A program made the translations under genes and the position numbers. A stretch of DNA of 64,000 bases from a bacterium (GTDB lineage: Bacteria; Patescibacteriota; Gracilibacteria; UBA4473): the NCBI GenBank assembly GCA_018648585.1, contig JABGQW010000019.1, forward strand, positions 3,133 through 67,132, read 5' to 3'. The notes beneath the pieces are model-generated. The model was not told the DNA's origin. It saw only the letters and a list, made by a program, of their open reading frames with translations, and made no database searches. Positions 37,404 through 46,770 of the stretch are shown piece by piece. Numbering within the stretch: the first letter of the stretch is position 1; each line of letters begins with the position of its first letter.

Positions 37404-39281
37404 ATGCGAAAATTTTTCATCCGTTTTTTGACCGTCGGAATTTTAATTTCCGGAATATTTTCAAGTCTGGGTTCAGCGATGTACCAAGATATAAATGCTG
37501 GATCAACGCTGGAACCCGCGCTGCAAACGTTGATCGATCGCGGAGTTTTGGACGGAAAAGGATTTTTTCGATCGAGCGACAACATTCCCGCGGCGATGTT
37601 TTGGGAAATCGTTTTGCGCGATTCGGGATTTGATCCAAACTCGTCGACACTCGGAACCGACGTTCCCGGAAATGTGGATTCTGAAAGTGATCTCGCGCAA
37701 TTTTTACGAGAAGCCAGCCGGCGCGGTTTTTTGACCGCAGCAGAAAAATCACATTTTGATTCAAACGCAACAATTTCGCGCATCCGAGCGATTGAAATTT
37801 TGGTGAAAACAAAAGCGCTCGTAATTCCGCGCCGCACGTCAAACGCGTTTCGAGATCTGCTGCCAGAACGAACGCCCTCTCGCGCCGGGTACTGGCCGAC
37901 GGTCGAAGCTGCGTACGCGTCGGGAATTTTGGACAATCGCGATCTGACAGATTTGCGCCCAAATTATCCACTCAAACGACACGAACTCGTCACCTGGATT
38001 TTTAATTTTCTCGACCACGGCACAAAACAGTCGCGACTCGAAGCAGAAAATCCATTTTCGTACCAGCGACTGCGAGAAAGCCACACCGAAGAAAAAAAAT
38101 CTTCTCCCAGTTCCAGCACAAATATTCAAAAAGCTCCGTCGATCCAAATCCAAATTTTGCCAGTCGGAAGCAGTACCACACTTTTGCCGCAGCAAACTTT
38201 GCCAAATCAAGATCTTTTGGAAACAATTTATTCGGACGTGATCAATCGGTACCGATTTTCGGATGAACTCACGCCAGAAAAAAGAAAAGAAATGATCGAT
38301 GCCGCGATCGCCGCGATGGTCAAAGCCGCCGGCGACAAATACAGCGCGTACATCAAACCCGCGCAGTCACAAAATTTCCAGGAAAATCTGGATGGAAAAT
38401 TCGAAGGAATCGGCGCGTACGTCGAACTCATCGACGAAAAACTCGTGATCACGTCTCCGATCGTCGGATCCCCCGCGGAAACTGCCGGAATTTTGCCGGG
38501 TGACGCCGTCATAAAAGTGAACGATGAATCGATCGCCGGCTGGGCACTTTCGGATTCCGTGAATAAAATCAAAGGTCCGTCCGGAAGCGCCGTAAAACTC
38601 ACAATTTTGCGAGAAAAAAAGGAAGTGGAAATCACCGTCGTGCGTGGAGAAATAACCGTTCCGTCCGTGACTTTGAAATGGGAAAAATCTGTTCCGATCA
38701 TCGGGTTGCACCAATTTGCGCACGGAACCACGAGTAGTTTTTTAGAAATTTTGAAAAATGATGTGTTGACAAAACACCCACGCGGAATGGTGATCGACCT
38801 GCGAAATGATCCGGGTGGATTTTTGACGGTGGCGCGAGAAATTGTGGAAATTTTTTCCACGCGCGGAGATAAAATTTATTCCACGGATTACAAAACTGGC
38901 GACGTTCCAGAGTACGCGCGACGCACCGGAGAACTGGCAGAGTTTGAAAACATTGTGGTGTTGCAAAACAAAGGAACCGCATCTGCGTCAGAAATTTTGA
39001 TCGGCGCACTCCAGGATCACAATCGGATAAAAATCGTCGGAACAAATTCGCTGGGAAAAGGAACCGTGCAAAGTATCAATAATTATTCGAACGGCGGAAT
39101 GCTCAAAATCACGATTGCAAAATGGCTCACGCCAAAAGGTCGCTGGATCCACGAAACCGGAATCGCGCCCGACATCGAAATCGCCGATCCAACTTCCGAA
39201 GAAAAACAACAAAAAATTGATCGCCAACTCGATCGAGCGGTTCAAGAAGTTTTGAGACAAGAACTTTCCAACCGAAGATAA
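37404..39281 (+). CDS. S41 C-terminal processing peptidase with PDZ domain and N-terminal wall-binding-like repeats
   Basis: ORF trimmed to ATG 37404. PDZ (GILPGDAVIKVNDESI), catalytic GTASASEI and downstream Lys region. Confidence 0.88.
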   Translation: MRKFFIRFLTVGILISGIFSSLGSAMYQDINAGSTLEPALQTLIDRGVLDGKGFFRSSDNIPAAMFWEIVLRDSGFDPNSSTLGTDVPGNVDSESDLAQFLREASRRGFLTAAEKSHFDSNATISRIRAIEILVKTKALVIPRRTSNAFRDLLPERTPSRAGYWPTVEAAYASGILDNRDLTDLRPNYPLKRHELVTWIFNFLDHGTKQSRLEAENPFSYQRLRESHTEEKKSSPSSSTNIQKAPSIQIQILPVGSSTTLLPQQTLPNQDLLETIYSDVINRYRFSDELTPEKRKEMIDAAIAAMVKAAGDKYSAYIKPAQSQNFQENLDGKFEGIGAYVELIDEKLVITSPIVGSPAETAGILPGDAVIKVNDESIAGWALSDSVNKIKGPSGSAVKLTILREKKEVEITVVRGEITVPSVTLKWEKSVPIIGLHQFAHGTTSSFLEILKNDVLTKHPRGMVIDLRNDPGGFLTVAREIVEIFSTRGDKIYSTDYKTGDVPEYARRTGELAEFENIVVLQNKGTASASEILIGALQDHNRIKIVGTNSLGKGTVQSINNYSNGGMLKITIAKWLTPKGRWIHETGIAPDIEIADPTSEEKQQKIDRQLDRAVQEVLRQELSNRR

Positions 39282-39317
39282 TCGGCCACAAGCCACTAAA
39301 AATACCGCGGTAAAAAC

Positions 39318-39346
39318 TTGTTTTTGAGAGATTTTTCTGGTACAAT
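39318..39346 (+). promoter_or_regulatory. promoter of membrane/HEAT fusion gene
   Basis: TTGTTT (39318-39323), 17 nt, TACAAT (39341-39346). Confidence 0.5.
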
Positions 39347-39384
39347 CTTGCGTTGTAGGAAATAAATTTTACAAAAATAAAAAA

Positions 39385-41832
39385 ATGTTTCAAAGAATAA
39401 TTGAAAAGATAGGAATTCCGGAATCAATCCGACAGCGTGTTTATTTTTTGTGGGGACTGACCTTTTTGTACCAAATTGGATTTATGATTGCGTGGATCGT
39501 GATCACCGCACTTTTTATTGAAAGTTTTGGAATCGAAAAATTGTTATTTTTGTTTTTGGTCGAAGCGTGTTTTATGTTGCTGGGTGGAATTTTGGCTCGG
39601 GAAATTTCGTTTCGGTTTCCACTCAAAAAATTTATGCTCGTCGTGATGAGCACACTTTTGTTGATCGTCGGCGCTGCCATAATTTGTCGAGAAAATGGAC
39701 ACATTCTCGCATTTTTCTTTTTGGCACTTGTCGCAAAAGATCTCGTGTATCCGCGCATCCGAATTGGATTGATGCGAAAAACAGAGGAATTTTTTGTTCC
39801 CAAACGCGCCGAACAAGCGATGCCGACGATCGAATCTGGGATTACGATCGGAACGATCACGAGCGCCGGATTGATGCTTTTTTTGCTGAAATATTTTGTC
39901 GCTGCAAGTTTGCTGGCGTTTTGGCTCGTGCCGCTCGCACTGATTTTTGGAATGCTTCTTTTGGAAGAAAAATTACTGAACGAAGTTCCAGGATTTGAAC
40001 CGGAAATGAAATCGGAGGCAACGCAGCCGTTTTTTGATTTATTGAAACTGGCGAAAAAAATTCCGTTTTTGAAATTTTTGTGCGCAGTAGTTTTTTTGCA
40101 GGCAGCACTTTTTACGGTGACAGATTTTCATTTTATGCAGGAACTGGACAGCCACACGACACATTCGAATCACGTGGAAATTGAATTTTCATTTCCCAAA
40201 GATTTGCAAGCGTCGCTCTTCGATCAGGTGGCAGAAAAAACCGAGAAACTGGAAAATTTCGCTGTGGAAAAAATCGAAACAGTTTCGAGTCACCTCGTCG
40301 CGCACAAAAATCTGACACACGATTTGAGTGCCTTGAGTTTGATTTTTGGACTGATCGCGCTGGTGGTTCAGCTTTTTTTGACAACAAAGTGTTTGCGTCG
40401 ATTCGGAATTATTCACTCGATGATGCTGTATTTTTCTGGATTTTTTGCGATCGCAACGACGCTCATTTTCAACGGCAGCATGATCAACTTTGTCCGTGGG
40501 TACCAACACGGATTTCACTCGCTTTTTTTGTCCGGGTACCACATCACTTTTTATTCCACGTTTAAAAAATATCGCGAATTTTTACGAATTTTTCTCGAAG
40601 GAATGCTGACACCGATCGCGGTAATTTTGAGTTCTGGAATTATGATTCTTTTGCTGGAAAAAGACGCAGGAGATTTTCTGCCGTTGTTGATGGCATTTCT
40701 CGCCGCAGGACTGATCGGAATCACGTTTTGGATGCGAAAAAGTTTTACGCAGATTTCTGTGGAAAATTTTCGAAACGCACCGAATCTCGCAGAAAAACTT
40801 CTCGCCACTGAAATGCTGGGGCAACGCGGACACCGCAACTCGATGAAAATTTTGAGCCGAGAATTGCTGGATGAAGCGCAACATCCAATTTTGAGAGAAA
40901 AAATTATCCGCACGCTCACCGAAATCGATGATCCGCGCGTGGTGCATCCGTACATTCAAATTTTACGCGAACAAAAAGAATCGGATGAAATTAAAATTTA
41001 TGTTTTGGATTCACTTTTGAAATGTAAAAATTTGCAAAATTACTGCGCAGGAAAAGCGTTCACGCAGCATCAATTGCTCCAGATTTTACAAACTTTATTT
41101 GCAACAACCGAACACGAACATTTGAAAAAACTGCTCGTGATGAATATTTTGAATCATTTGCCGCTGAGCAAAACAGTTGGATTTTTACAACACACGCTCA
41201 AAAATGCAGATGAAAAATTACAATCAATTTGTCTGCGATCGTGTAAAATTTTCAACGATCCCGAAATCGTAAATTATCTCGAACCGTACCTCACTCACAG
41301 CAATCCGCGAATTCGCAGCCACTGCGTCATCGCAATGTGGGAATTTGCCGATCAAGAAAAATTGTGGTCCGTGCTGGAACCGATGCTCGAAAGTGAAAAT
41401 CCTGAAATTTTAATTTCTGGAATTTATGCCACCGGAGAAATCGGACATCGCGACGGAATGCAAAAAATTTATCAATATTTGAAACACGAACATCCAGAAG
41501 TACGCCTGCACACATTGATCACGCTGGGAAAAATGGGCGACACAAACGCACTCCCCGGACTTTTGGAAATTTTCCTCGGTGACGACAAAGATTTCGCACG
41601 TCGTGCGTACGAAATGAGCAAACGAATTGCGTACCAATTGCAGGAAAAACTCGAACAGAATATCCACCGAGCGGTCGCAAAAAAAGTTTTTGAAGTTCTT
41701 GCACATGAAAATATTCACTCGCACGAAAATTTGAAAAATCTTTCACCAGAAAAGCTCAACTTTTTGAAACGAATGTACCGACTTTCTGGGAAATACGAGC
41801 ATCTCTGTGTGATCGAAGGAATTTCGAAATAA
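39385..41832 (+). CDS. polytopic membrane (transporter-like) domain fused to C-terminal HEAT repeats
   Basis: The first ~460 aa have ~10-12 TM helices. The C-terminus has repeated HEAT/PBS-lyase-like units (NPRIRSHCVIAMWEF, ENPEILISGIYATGEIG, HPEVRLHTLITLGKMGD). Confidence 0.6.
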   Translation: MFQRIIEKIGIPESIRQRVYFLWGLTFLYQIGFMIAWIVITALFIESFGIEKLLFLFLVEACFMLLGGILAREISFRFPLKKFMLVVMSTLLLIVGAAIICRENGHILAFFFLALVAKDLVYPRIRIGLMRKTEEFFVPKRAEQAMPTIESGITIGTITSAGLMLFLLKYFVAASLLAFWLVPLALIFGMLLLEEKLLNEVPGFEPEMKSEATQPFFDLLKLAKKIPFLKFLCAVVFLQAALFTVTDFHFMQELDSHTTHSNHVEIEFSFPKDLQASLFDQVAEKTEKLENFAVEKIETVSSHLVAHKNLTHDLSALSLIFGLIALVVQLFLTTKCLRRFGIIHSMMLYFSGFFAIATTLIFNGSMINFVRGYQHGFHSLFLSGYHITFYSTFKKYREFLRIFLEGMLTPIAVILSSGIMILLLEKDAGDFLPLLMAFLAAGLIGITFWMRKSFTQISVENFRNAPNLAEKLLATEMLGQRGHRNSMKILSRELLDEAQHPILREKIIRTLTEIDDPRVVHPYIQILREQKESDEIKIYVLDSLLKCKNLQNYCAGKAFTQHQLLQILQTLFATTEHEHLKKLLVMNILNHLPLSKTVGFLQHTLKNADEKLQSICLRSCKIFNDPEIVNYLEPYLTHSNPRIRSHCVIAMWEFADQEKLWSVLEPMLESENPEILISGIYATGEIGHRDGMQKIYQYLKHEHPEVRLHTLITLGKMGDTNALPGLLEIFLGDDKDFARRAYEMSKRIAYQLQEKLEQNIHRAVAKKVFEVLAHENIHSHENLKNLSPEKLNFLKRMYRLSGKYEHLCVIEGISK

Positions 41833-41927
41833 TTTCTCAAACAACACATCCAATCACGAGAGACACAAACGCAAAATTTTTCTGAATAAATTGAAAAAAT
41901 ATATTTCAAAAAAAGTCAAGAATCGTG

Positions 41928-41956
41928 TTGACAAAATCACACAAAAACATTATTCA
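41928..41956 (+). promoter_or_regulatory. promoter of methyltransferase gene
   Basis: TTGACA (41928-41933), 17 nt, TATTCA (41951-41956). Confidence 0.45.
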
Positions 41957-41990
41957 GGATATGTTAATTTACCGAAATTATTCGTTGTAA

Positions 41991-43253
41991 ATGAGACTCA
42001 GTCAATTTGATGACGCAAAGCAAGCTGTTCCTGGTTATAATTATCAGGCGGGTGACGCGTATGGACAAGAAATACAAAAAAAATTCATCAATAAAAAAAT
42101 ATTAACAAATACTGAGTGGTATAATTTTTTGCAAAATCAACAAAAAGAGCAAAACCCAGAATTAGTAAAAAAAATCCTGGAAAATGCAGATGAACGAAAG
42201 ATAATGCAAAACACAAATGCCAGCATTATGAATATTGTTCAAGCTGTCGATGAGCTCGCCCCCGATGATTCCGAAATCTGTGGTGATGTATTGATGACAA
42301 AAGCCTTTAAAAATCTTGAGGCACTGAACAAAACGAACAACTCCGATATTCCACCCGAAATTATCATTCCAAATTTTAACAAAGAAGATCCAGAACATAT
42401 CGCTCTGTACAACTTTGTAAATTCAAATCCATTCCTGCGCGAGAATATTTTGCACGGCATTTTATTGAAGCTTGCAAACGTACGCCCAAATGGAGACAAC
42501 TACGAAAGATTATGGAATAAAAATATTTACAACTTGATGTCCAAAAAAGCCCCATCAAGTCTTGCACAATATATCGTAAAAAATTATGCGAGCATTCTCA
42601 CAGGAACGGGGCTCGAATTGGGCGCCGGAAACGCGCGTGATTCAATCTATTTTTTGAAAAAAAAACCAACTGCGATCGAAAAAATAATCACGTTGGACAG
42701 CAGTCCTAAAGCCGTAGAAACTATTCAACAAAATCTTTCAGGAAAAACCTCACAAGTTCGCGAAAAAATTGAAATTTCTTCCACAGATATAGTTTCCCAA
42801 CTCGAAGGAATGAAAAAACGAGGAGAAACTGTAAATTTTATTTACGGACTCTCCGTTCTTCATTATTTCAGCACAACAAAATTAAAAAAAATATTCGAAC
42901 TTATCAAAGATTGTCTCGCTCCAGGTGGTCACCTCATTTTTTCAGTGAAATCTCCCAGATCTTCTTTTGATAAAACAGGTATTTTATTCGATTACCGTGT
43001 CATGAATGAAAAATCACCTGAAGATGAACATGTTACTCGAAAATTTGCGTCCATCGGGCCAGATGGAATTCTTCGTTATTCTCGGTCAAACGAAAGAATG
43101 AAACATATTTTAAATAAGGTTGGATTAAAACAAATTACCTCTGATGAGTACAACGGAGAAGTAAATTATGAGATTGACGCACAAGGAGAACAACTCTTCC
43201 AGCGATTCATATTTCAAAAACCACTAGCAAGAGCGAAGTCTGTCGCTGAATAA
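41991..43253 (+). CDS. class I SAM-dependent methyltransferase with ~200-aa unknown N-terminal domain
   Basis: Motif I LELGAGNARD, LDSS, FIYGLSVLHYF, LAPGGHLIF. A+T-rich. Confidence 0.7.
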   Translation: MRLSQFDDAKQAVPGYNYQAGDAYGQEIQKKFINKKILTNTEWYNFLQNQQKEQNPELVKKILENADERKIMQNTNASIMNIVQAVDELAPDDSEICGDVLMTKAFKNLEALNKTNNSDIPPEIIIPNFNKEDPEHIALYNFVNSNPFLRENILHGILLKLANVRPNGDNYERLWNKNIYNLMSKKAPSSLAQYIVKNYASILTGTGLELGAGNARDSIYFLKKKPTAIEKIITLDSSPKAVETIQQNLSGKTSQVREKIEISSTDIVSQLEGMKKRGETVNFIYGLSVLHYFSTTKLKKIFELIKDCLAPGGHLIFSVKSPRSSFDKTGILFDYRVMNEKSPEDEHVTRKFASIGPDGILRYSRSNERMKHILNKVGLKQITSDEYNGEVNYEIDAQGEQLFQRFIFQKPLARAKSVAE

Positions 43254-43263
43254 ATTTTTGAAA

Positions 43264-44028
43264 TCAATGATTCCAGGCGTTTTGAAAAATCGCGCGGAAA
43301 ATTACAGCCACACTTCCCCCGTGCAACACAAATCCAACTGGTTTTTCTTCGTGAAAAGTAATCACCGCCACCTGTTCATCAAAAATACGGATTTCTCCAT
43401 CAATCGGTAAATTTTCTACAAAATGGATTTCGCGATTTTCTTCTTTTTTTTCATGTTGTAAATTCATTGTATTTTTCGGAACGATGTCATGTGATTTTAT
43501 TCCCAGCTCGATTCTTTTGTCGATGTACTCATACAAAAAATCACCCAAACAATTTTGGATTTTTGAAATATCGAGCCAACTATAAATTTTCTTGTCTGAT
43601 TTATTCGCCGTGGACAACATATCTCGATATAAATCTTTCACCCCTTCCACACCTTCGTAATAAGTCACATCCGGCTTCCAAGAAGATTTTTGGACATTCT
43701 GTAAAAAATCCTGAATCGTCTCCCGCGCTTCATCGTACACAAATTCTGTATTTTTTTTCTGTTCCTCGATCCACGTGTACAATTCTTTTTCAGAACAAAT
43801 TTCAAATTCATCATTTTTTTCTTGCACACAATGTACCAATCCCCTGATTGAAAGATTGGAAAGCAAATACTGCACCGTACTGAAACTGATCGTCGTATTT
43901 TTACTGATTTCCCGAGAAGTTGCTTTTTTCTTGAAAAATAAAAAATTCAAAACTTTGACCTCTCCGTCAGAAAACCCAAGTGATCGTAAAGCTTTGCGAA
44001 TTGGAAGATAGGAGGAAGAAGCTGTCAT
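43264..44028 (-). CDS. TrmB-like winged-helix transcriptional regulator
   Basis: ORF trimmed to ATG 44028. LGFSDGEVKVLNFLFFKKKATSREISKNTTISFSTVQYLLSNLSIRGLV is an HTH. ATGA overlap with the upstream HD gene. Confidence 0.65.
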   Translation of the reverse strand: MTASSSYLPIRKALRSLGFSDGEVKVLNFLFFKKKATSREISKNTTISFSTVQYLLSNLSIRGLVHCVQEKNDEFEICSEKELYTWIEEQKKNTEFVYDEARETIQDFLQNVQKSSWKPDVTYYEGVEGVKDLYRDMLSTANKSDKKIYSWLDISKIQNCLGDFLYEYIDKRIELGIKSHDIVPKNTMNLQHEKKEENREIHFVENLPIDGEIRIFDEQVAVITFHEEKPVGFVLHGGSVAVIFRAIFQNAWNH

Positions 44029-44639
44029 GAGTTTTTTTGAGTTTCGTACTCTTCCATAACAGATTCGAGTTGATCCATCAAGTTCAAATACATTTCTCGG
44101 TGTGGAAGCGCGAGATGATGAAAGTTCGTCACCAGCATCGGCAAATACATTGTTTTGAGCTCTTGTATCCACTTTTCTTGCTTGTGCGGCTCCAGCCAAG
44201 AAAGCGTTTTGAGGTTGTGAATCAGGTCAGCCATTTTAAGGAAAAAAACCGAAACATTTACCTGCAACGTATCGCAGAGTTGTTCGAAATATTTTTCTTG
44301 TTTTAAAACACGATCTTCAATCCGAGCATCTTTTGAAATCGCTTGCACGAGAAAATAAACATTTCGTCCAAATTCCTTTTCAATTTTTTCAGCTAATTCA
44401 GTTTCTTGCAGATTATCTTCCAAAACATCGTGCAACAGCGCCGCACAAATCATGTCATCGTCACCATCCAGATCAAAAATAATTTCAGCCACTGTCACCG
44501 GATGCATAACAAACGGCTCGCCGGATTTTCGTTTTACATCTCCGTGAATTTTTTCAGCAAAATTATACGCCGCTTGAATTTTGTCCAAATCCAATTCTGG
44601 TCGTTTTAAAATTTTTCGTCGGAAATCCTGAAATGGCAT
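44025..44639 (-). CDS. stand-alone HD-domain (p)ppGpp-hydrolase-like protein (small alarmone hydrolase type)
   Basis: 204 aa. RKSGEPFVMHPVTVAEI and CAALLHDVLEDN match the RelA/SpoT hydrolase domain. No synthetase domain. Confidence 0.75.
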   Translation of the reverse strand: MPFQDFRRKILKRPELDLDKIQAAYNFAEKIHGDVKRKSGEPFVMHPVTVAEIIFDLDGDDDMICAALLHDVLEDNLQETELAEKIEKEFGRNVYFLVQAISKDARIEDRVLKQEKYFEQLCDTLQVNVSVFFLKMADLIHNLKTLSWLEPHKQEKWIQELKTMYLPMLVTNFHHLALPHREMYLNLMDQLESVMEEYETQKNS

Positions 44640-44661
44640 GTTCGTACGATCAACGCTCCTG

Positions 44662-44689
44662 ACTGTACGGAAGATTCAGGTTTTTCCAA
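44662..44689 (-). promoter_or_regulatory. promoter of HD-hydrolase / TrmB-like operon
   Basis: Minus strand: TTGGAA (44689-44684), 16 nt, TACAGT (44667-44662). 22-nt leader. Confidence 0.55.
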
Positions 44690-44696
44690 ATTTTTC

Positions 44697-45131
44697 TCAA
44701 GAAAAATATTTTTTCCAAACGGCAAACTCGCGCTCAAATTCTTCCGGAGAATCTGAACGATGAATTGCGTTTCGCACGCCGCGTTTCTCGGCAACCGCAA
44801 TTTCAAGCGAATCGTCGCTGAATTGTCCGCGGATCGTTTCTGTGCCCGCCATCGCTGGATCGGTCACGCCGATCACGGTTTTCATTTTGGAAATTACGTC
44901 GTCCCCCGTGTACAACGCCAACACGATCGGCTGATCGACGAATTCACCAACAACGTACTCGAAGAAAAATTTGTCTCGGTGCGGAGAGTAATGATTTTCC
45001 ATCACGTCGCGTGGTGTGGAATCGATGCGAACCGTTTTTTCGCGTGCACCAAATCGGTCAAGAATTTTGAAAATTTCGTCCGCGCGATCGACCGCGTCCG
45101 GTTTTATGAAAATGAGTGTTTTTTGTGTCAT
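44697..45131 (-). CDS. ndk: nucleoside diphosphate kinase
   Basis: MTQKTLIFIKPDAV start (ATG 45131, supported by a promoter 7 nt upstream). Catalytic His region NAIHRSDS. Confidence 0.88.
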   Translation of the reverse strand: MTQKTLIFIKPDAVDRADEIFKILDRFGAREKTVRIDSTPRDVMENHYSPHRDKFFFEYVVGEFVDQPIVLALYTGDDVISKMKTVIGVTDPAMAGTETIRGQFSDDSLEIAVAEKRGVRNAIHRSDSPEEFEREFAVWKKYFS

Positions 45132-45138
45132 CACGCAG

Positions 45139-45166
45139 ATTTTGGCAGAGCAAGATTTTTTTTCAA
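45139..45166 (-). promoter_or_regulatory. promoter of ndk, leaderless geometry
   Basis: Minus strand: TTGAAA (45166-45161), 16 nt, CAAAAT (45144-45139), then 7 nt to ATG 45131. Confidence 0.55.
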
Positions 45167-45180
45167 CTGAATTCATGAAA

Positions 45181-45209
45181 TTGCAATATCGTCGCTTTCA
45201 TGTTAGAAT
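45181..45209 (+). promoter_or_regulatory. promoter of CN-hydrolase-like gene
   Basis: TTGCAA (45181-45186), 17 nt, TAGAAT (45204-45209). ATG at 45230. Confidence 0.6.
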
Positions 45210-45229
45210 AAAAAGATTTTTTTAAAAAA

Positions 45230-46645
45230 ATGAAAAATATTTATAAATCATCCTTCGTCACAAAAGATATTATAAAATTTGTGTGGCAAGAGAAACCTAA
45301 TCACAAGCAAGATCCTAAAGTTGTTGTAACTCAAAGCTTGTCATCACCAAAAAAAGAACTTGAAATTTTGCACAAAGAATTAAAAAACAATAATAAAAAA
45401 GAAAAAAACAAAAAAAAAGACAATCACAAACAAGGTCCTAAAGTTGTTGTAACTCAAAGTTGGTCATCACCAAAAAAAGAACTTGAAATTTTGCACAAAG
45501 AAATAGAAGAAACAGAAACTTTCCCAACAGGCAACGCTTTTGTGGAATTACACAAAGCAATAGGAGATCACGGCGGAATGGAAAAAGCTATCGGCTCAGT
45601 TTTTGAAGCACAAAGGGCACAAGATCTAGAGAAAAAAAGAAAAGAAACGCAAAACTTTCTCGATGAATGTGAAAAACTCGTATTGGATGAAGCTCTTGAG
45701 AAAGACATTAAAGGAAAAATCAATGTGATAACAATTAAGGGAGAACGTTATGGAGCTTTTGCGGATCAACTCGCAGAAGAAAATTGCGAATTAGATCTTT
45801 TTGATCGTATGAAAGAAGCGTGCATACAAGAATCACAAAGGGGCGTTTCCCCAGACATTATCATTCTCCCAGAATATTCTTTTCATTGTTCTAAATATCC
45901 ACTAGAAATAAATACTGAAACTTATGAAATTAAATCAGGAACACACCCTGTTGCAAAAAAAACAATCGAAAAATATCAAAATTTGGCCCGCGAATATAAA
46001 ACAGCCATTCTTTTAGGAGGATTTTTTGAAGAAAAAACCGACAAAGGAGGACCTCAATATCCAAAAAACTGGAGTAGATTCGAAGACATGATTCATATTT
46101 ATATAAACAAGGATGGTGAAATTTTTGGTCATTGCCGAAAGCACATACTAAAAGAAAATGGCGAAGTAGATAAAACAGATTTTATTTTCGAAAAAGATGG
46201 CAAAAATTATCGAGGACTTCCGCTTGTGTGTGGAGAAGCCTGGTCTGGAGAAATAACTGAAAAAATCATAACATCTCTCGAAAAAAAACAAGAAACACAA
46301 GAGGAAAAATATGATTTATTGCTGTGTCCTATGGGCCAGGGGGATGATTCTTTTGAAATGGTTTCAAAAATTAGAAATGGAGAATTCCAACCAAGCGAAA
46401 GGTATCTCAAATATCTTTCAAAATACGACAAAACGTTAAAAAGCTCTTACGAATGGAATGAGGACGCTTACGATAGTTACTGGGGAAAGTTTTATACTTC
46501 CCTGGTAAAACCCGATGCACCAACCATTGCCTCTGATGATGGTTCGGGATCAGGATCAATACTCACCCCCACTCCCAAAAAGCAAACATACATAAACTTT
46601 AATGAAAATTATATTTCCAGTACTGTGAACATCCCAAAGAAATAA
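45230..46645 (+). CDS. carbon-nitrogen hydrolase (nitrilase superfamily)-like protein with N-terminal 41-aa tandem repeat
   Basis: IIILPEYSF (Glu), LLGGFFEEK, LVCGEAW (Cys) resemble the CN-hydrolase triad regions. The N-terminal repeat is HKQ.PKVVVTQS.SSPKKELEILHKE, present twice. Confidence 0.6.
   Translation: MKNIYKSSFVTKDIIKFVWQEKPNHKQDPKVVVTQSLSSPKKELEILHKELKNNNKKEKNKKKDNHKQGPKVVVTQSWSSPKKELEILHKEIEETETFPTGNAFVELHKAIGDHGGMEKAIGSVFEAQRAQDLEKKRKETQNFLDECEKLVLDEALEKDIKGKINVITIKGERYGAFADQLAEENCELDLFDRMKEACIQESQRGVSPDIIILPEYSFHCSKYPLEINTETYEIKSGTHPVAKKTIEKYQNLAREYKTAILLGGFFEEKTDKGGPQYPKNWSRFEDMIHIYINKDGEIFGHCRKHILKENGEVDKTDFIFEKDGKNYRGLPLVCGEAWSGEITEKIITSLEKKQETQEEKYDLLLCPMGQGDDSFEMVSKIRNGEFQPSERYLKYLSKYDKTLKSSYEWNEDAYDSYWGKFYTSLVKPDAPTIASDDGSGSGSILTPTPKKQTYINFNENYISSTVNIPKK
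45299..45502 (+). repeat. in-frame tandem duplication (two 81-nt units, 123-nt period) inside the CN-hydrolase-like gene
   Basis: 45299-45379 and 45422-45502 differ at only a handful of positions. The units are separated by a Lys/Asn-rich linker. Confidence 0.85.
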
Positions 46646-46647
46646 AA

Positions 46648-46670
46648 CGAACCGACCCGATTCGATTTTC
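46648..46670. terminator. near-copy of the ssrA second terminator hairpin, just after the CN-hydrolase stop
   Basis: cgaaccg-acc-cgattcg (G:U or mismatch depending on strand) with flanking aaataaaa / attttcc. Same ~36-nt sequence as 47001-47036. Confidence 0.35.
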
Positions 46671-46683
46671 CGTGCTAATTTTT

Positions 46684-46745
46684 CCCAAGCAATTTCCAAA
46701 CAAAATTCGCGCAGCGTGTTTTGTGCGGAGAGAAAAGGTCTTGCC
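46684..46745 (-). repeat. repeat element copy C (degenerate, tandem to copy B)
   Basis: Minus strand: ccgcacaaaacacgctgcgcgaattttgtttggaaattgcttggg is similar to the core of copies A and B. Confidence 0.5.
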
Positions 46746-46770
46746 AAGCCAGCGAAATTTTTTGCAACGC

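Noticed and set aside
41906-41925. Shared 15-mer aaaaagtcaagaatc at 41911-41925 and 24120-24134
   Set aside because: At 24124-24129 it contains the -35 box of the paralog-1 promoter. At 41.9 kb the same orientation points away from any gene. It is most likely a chance match in A-rich sequence.
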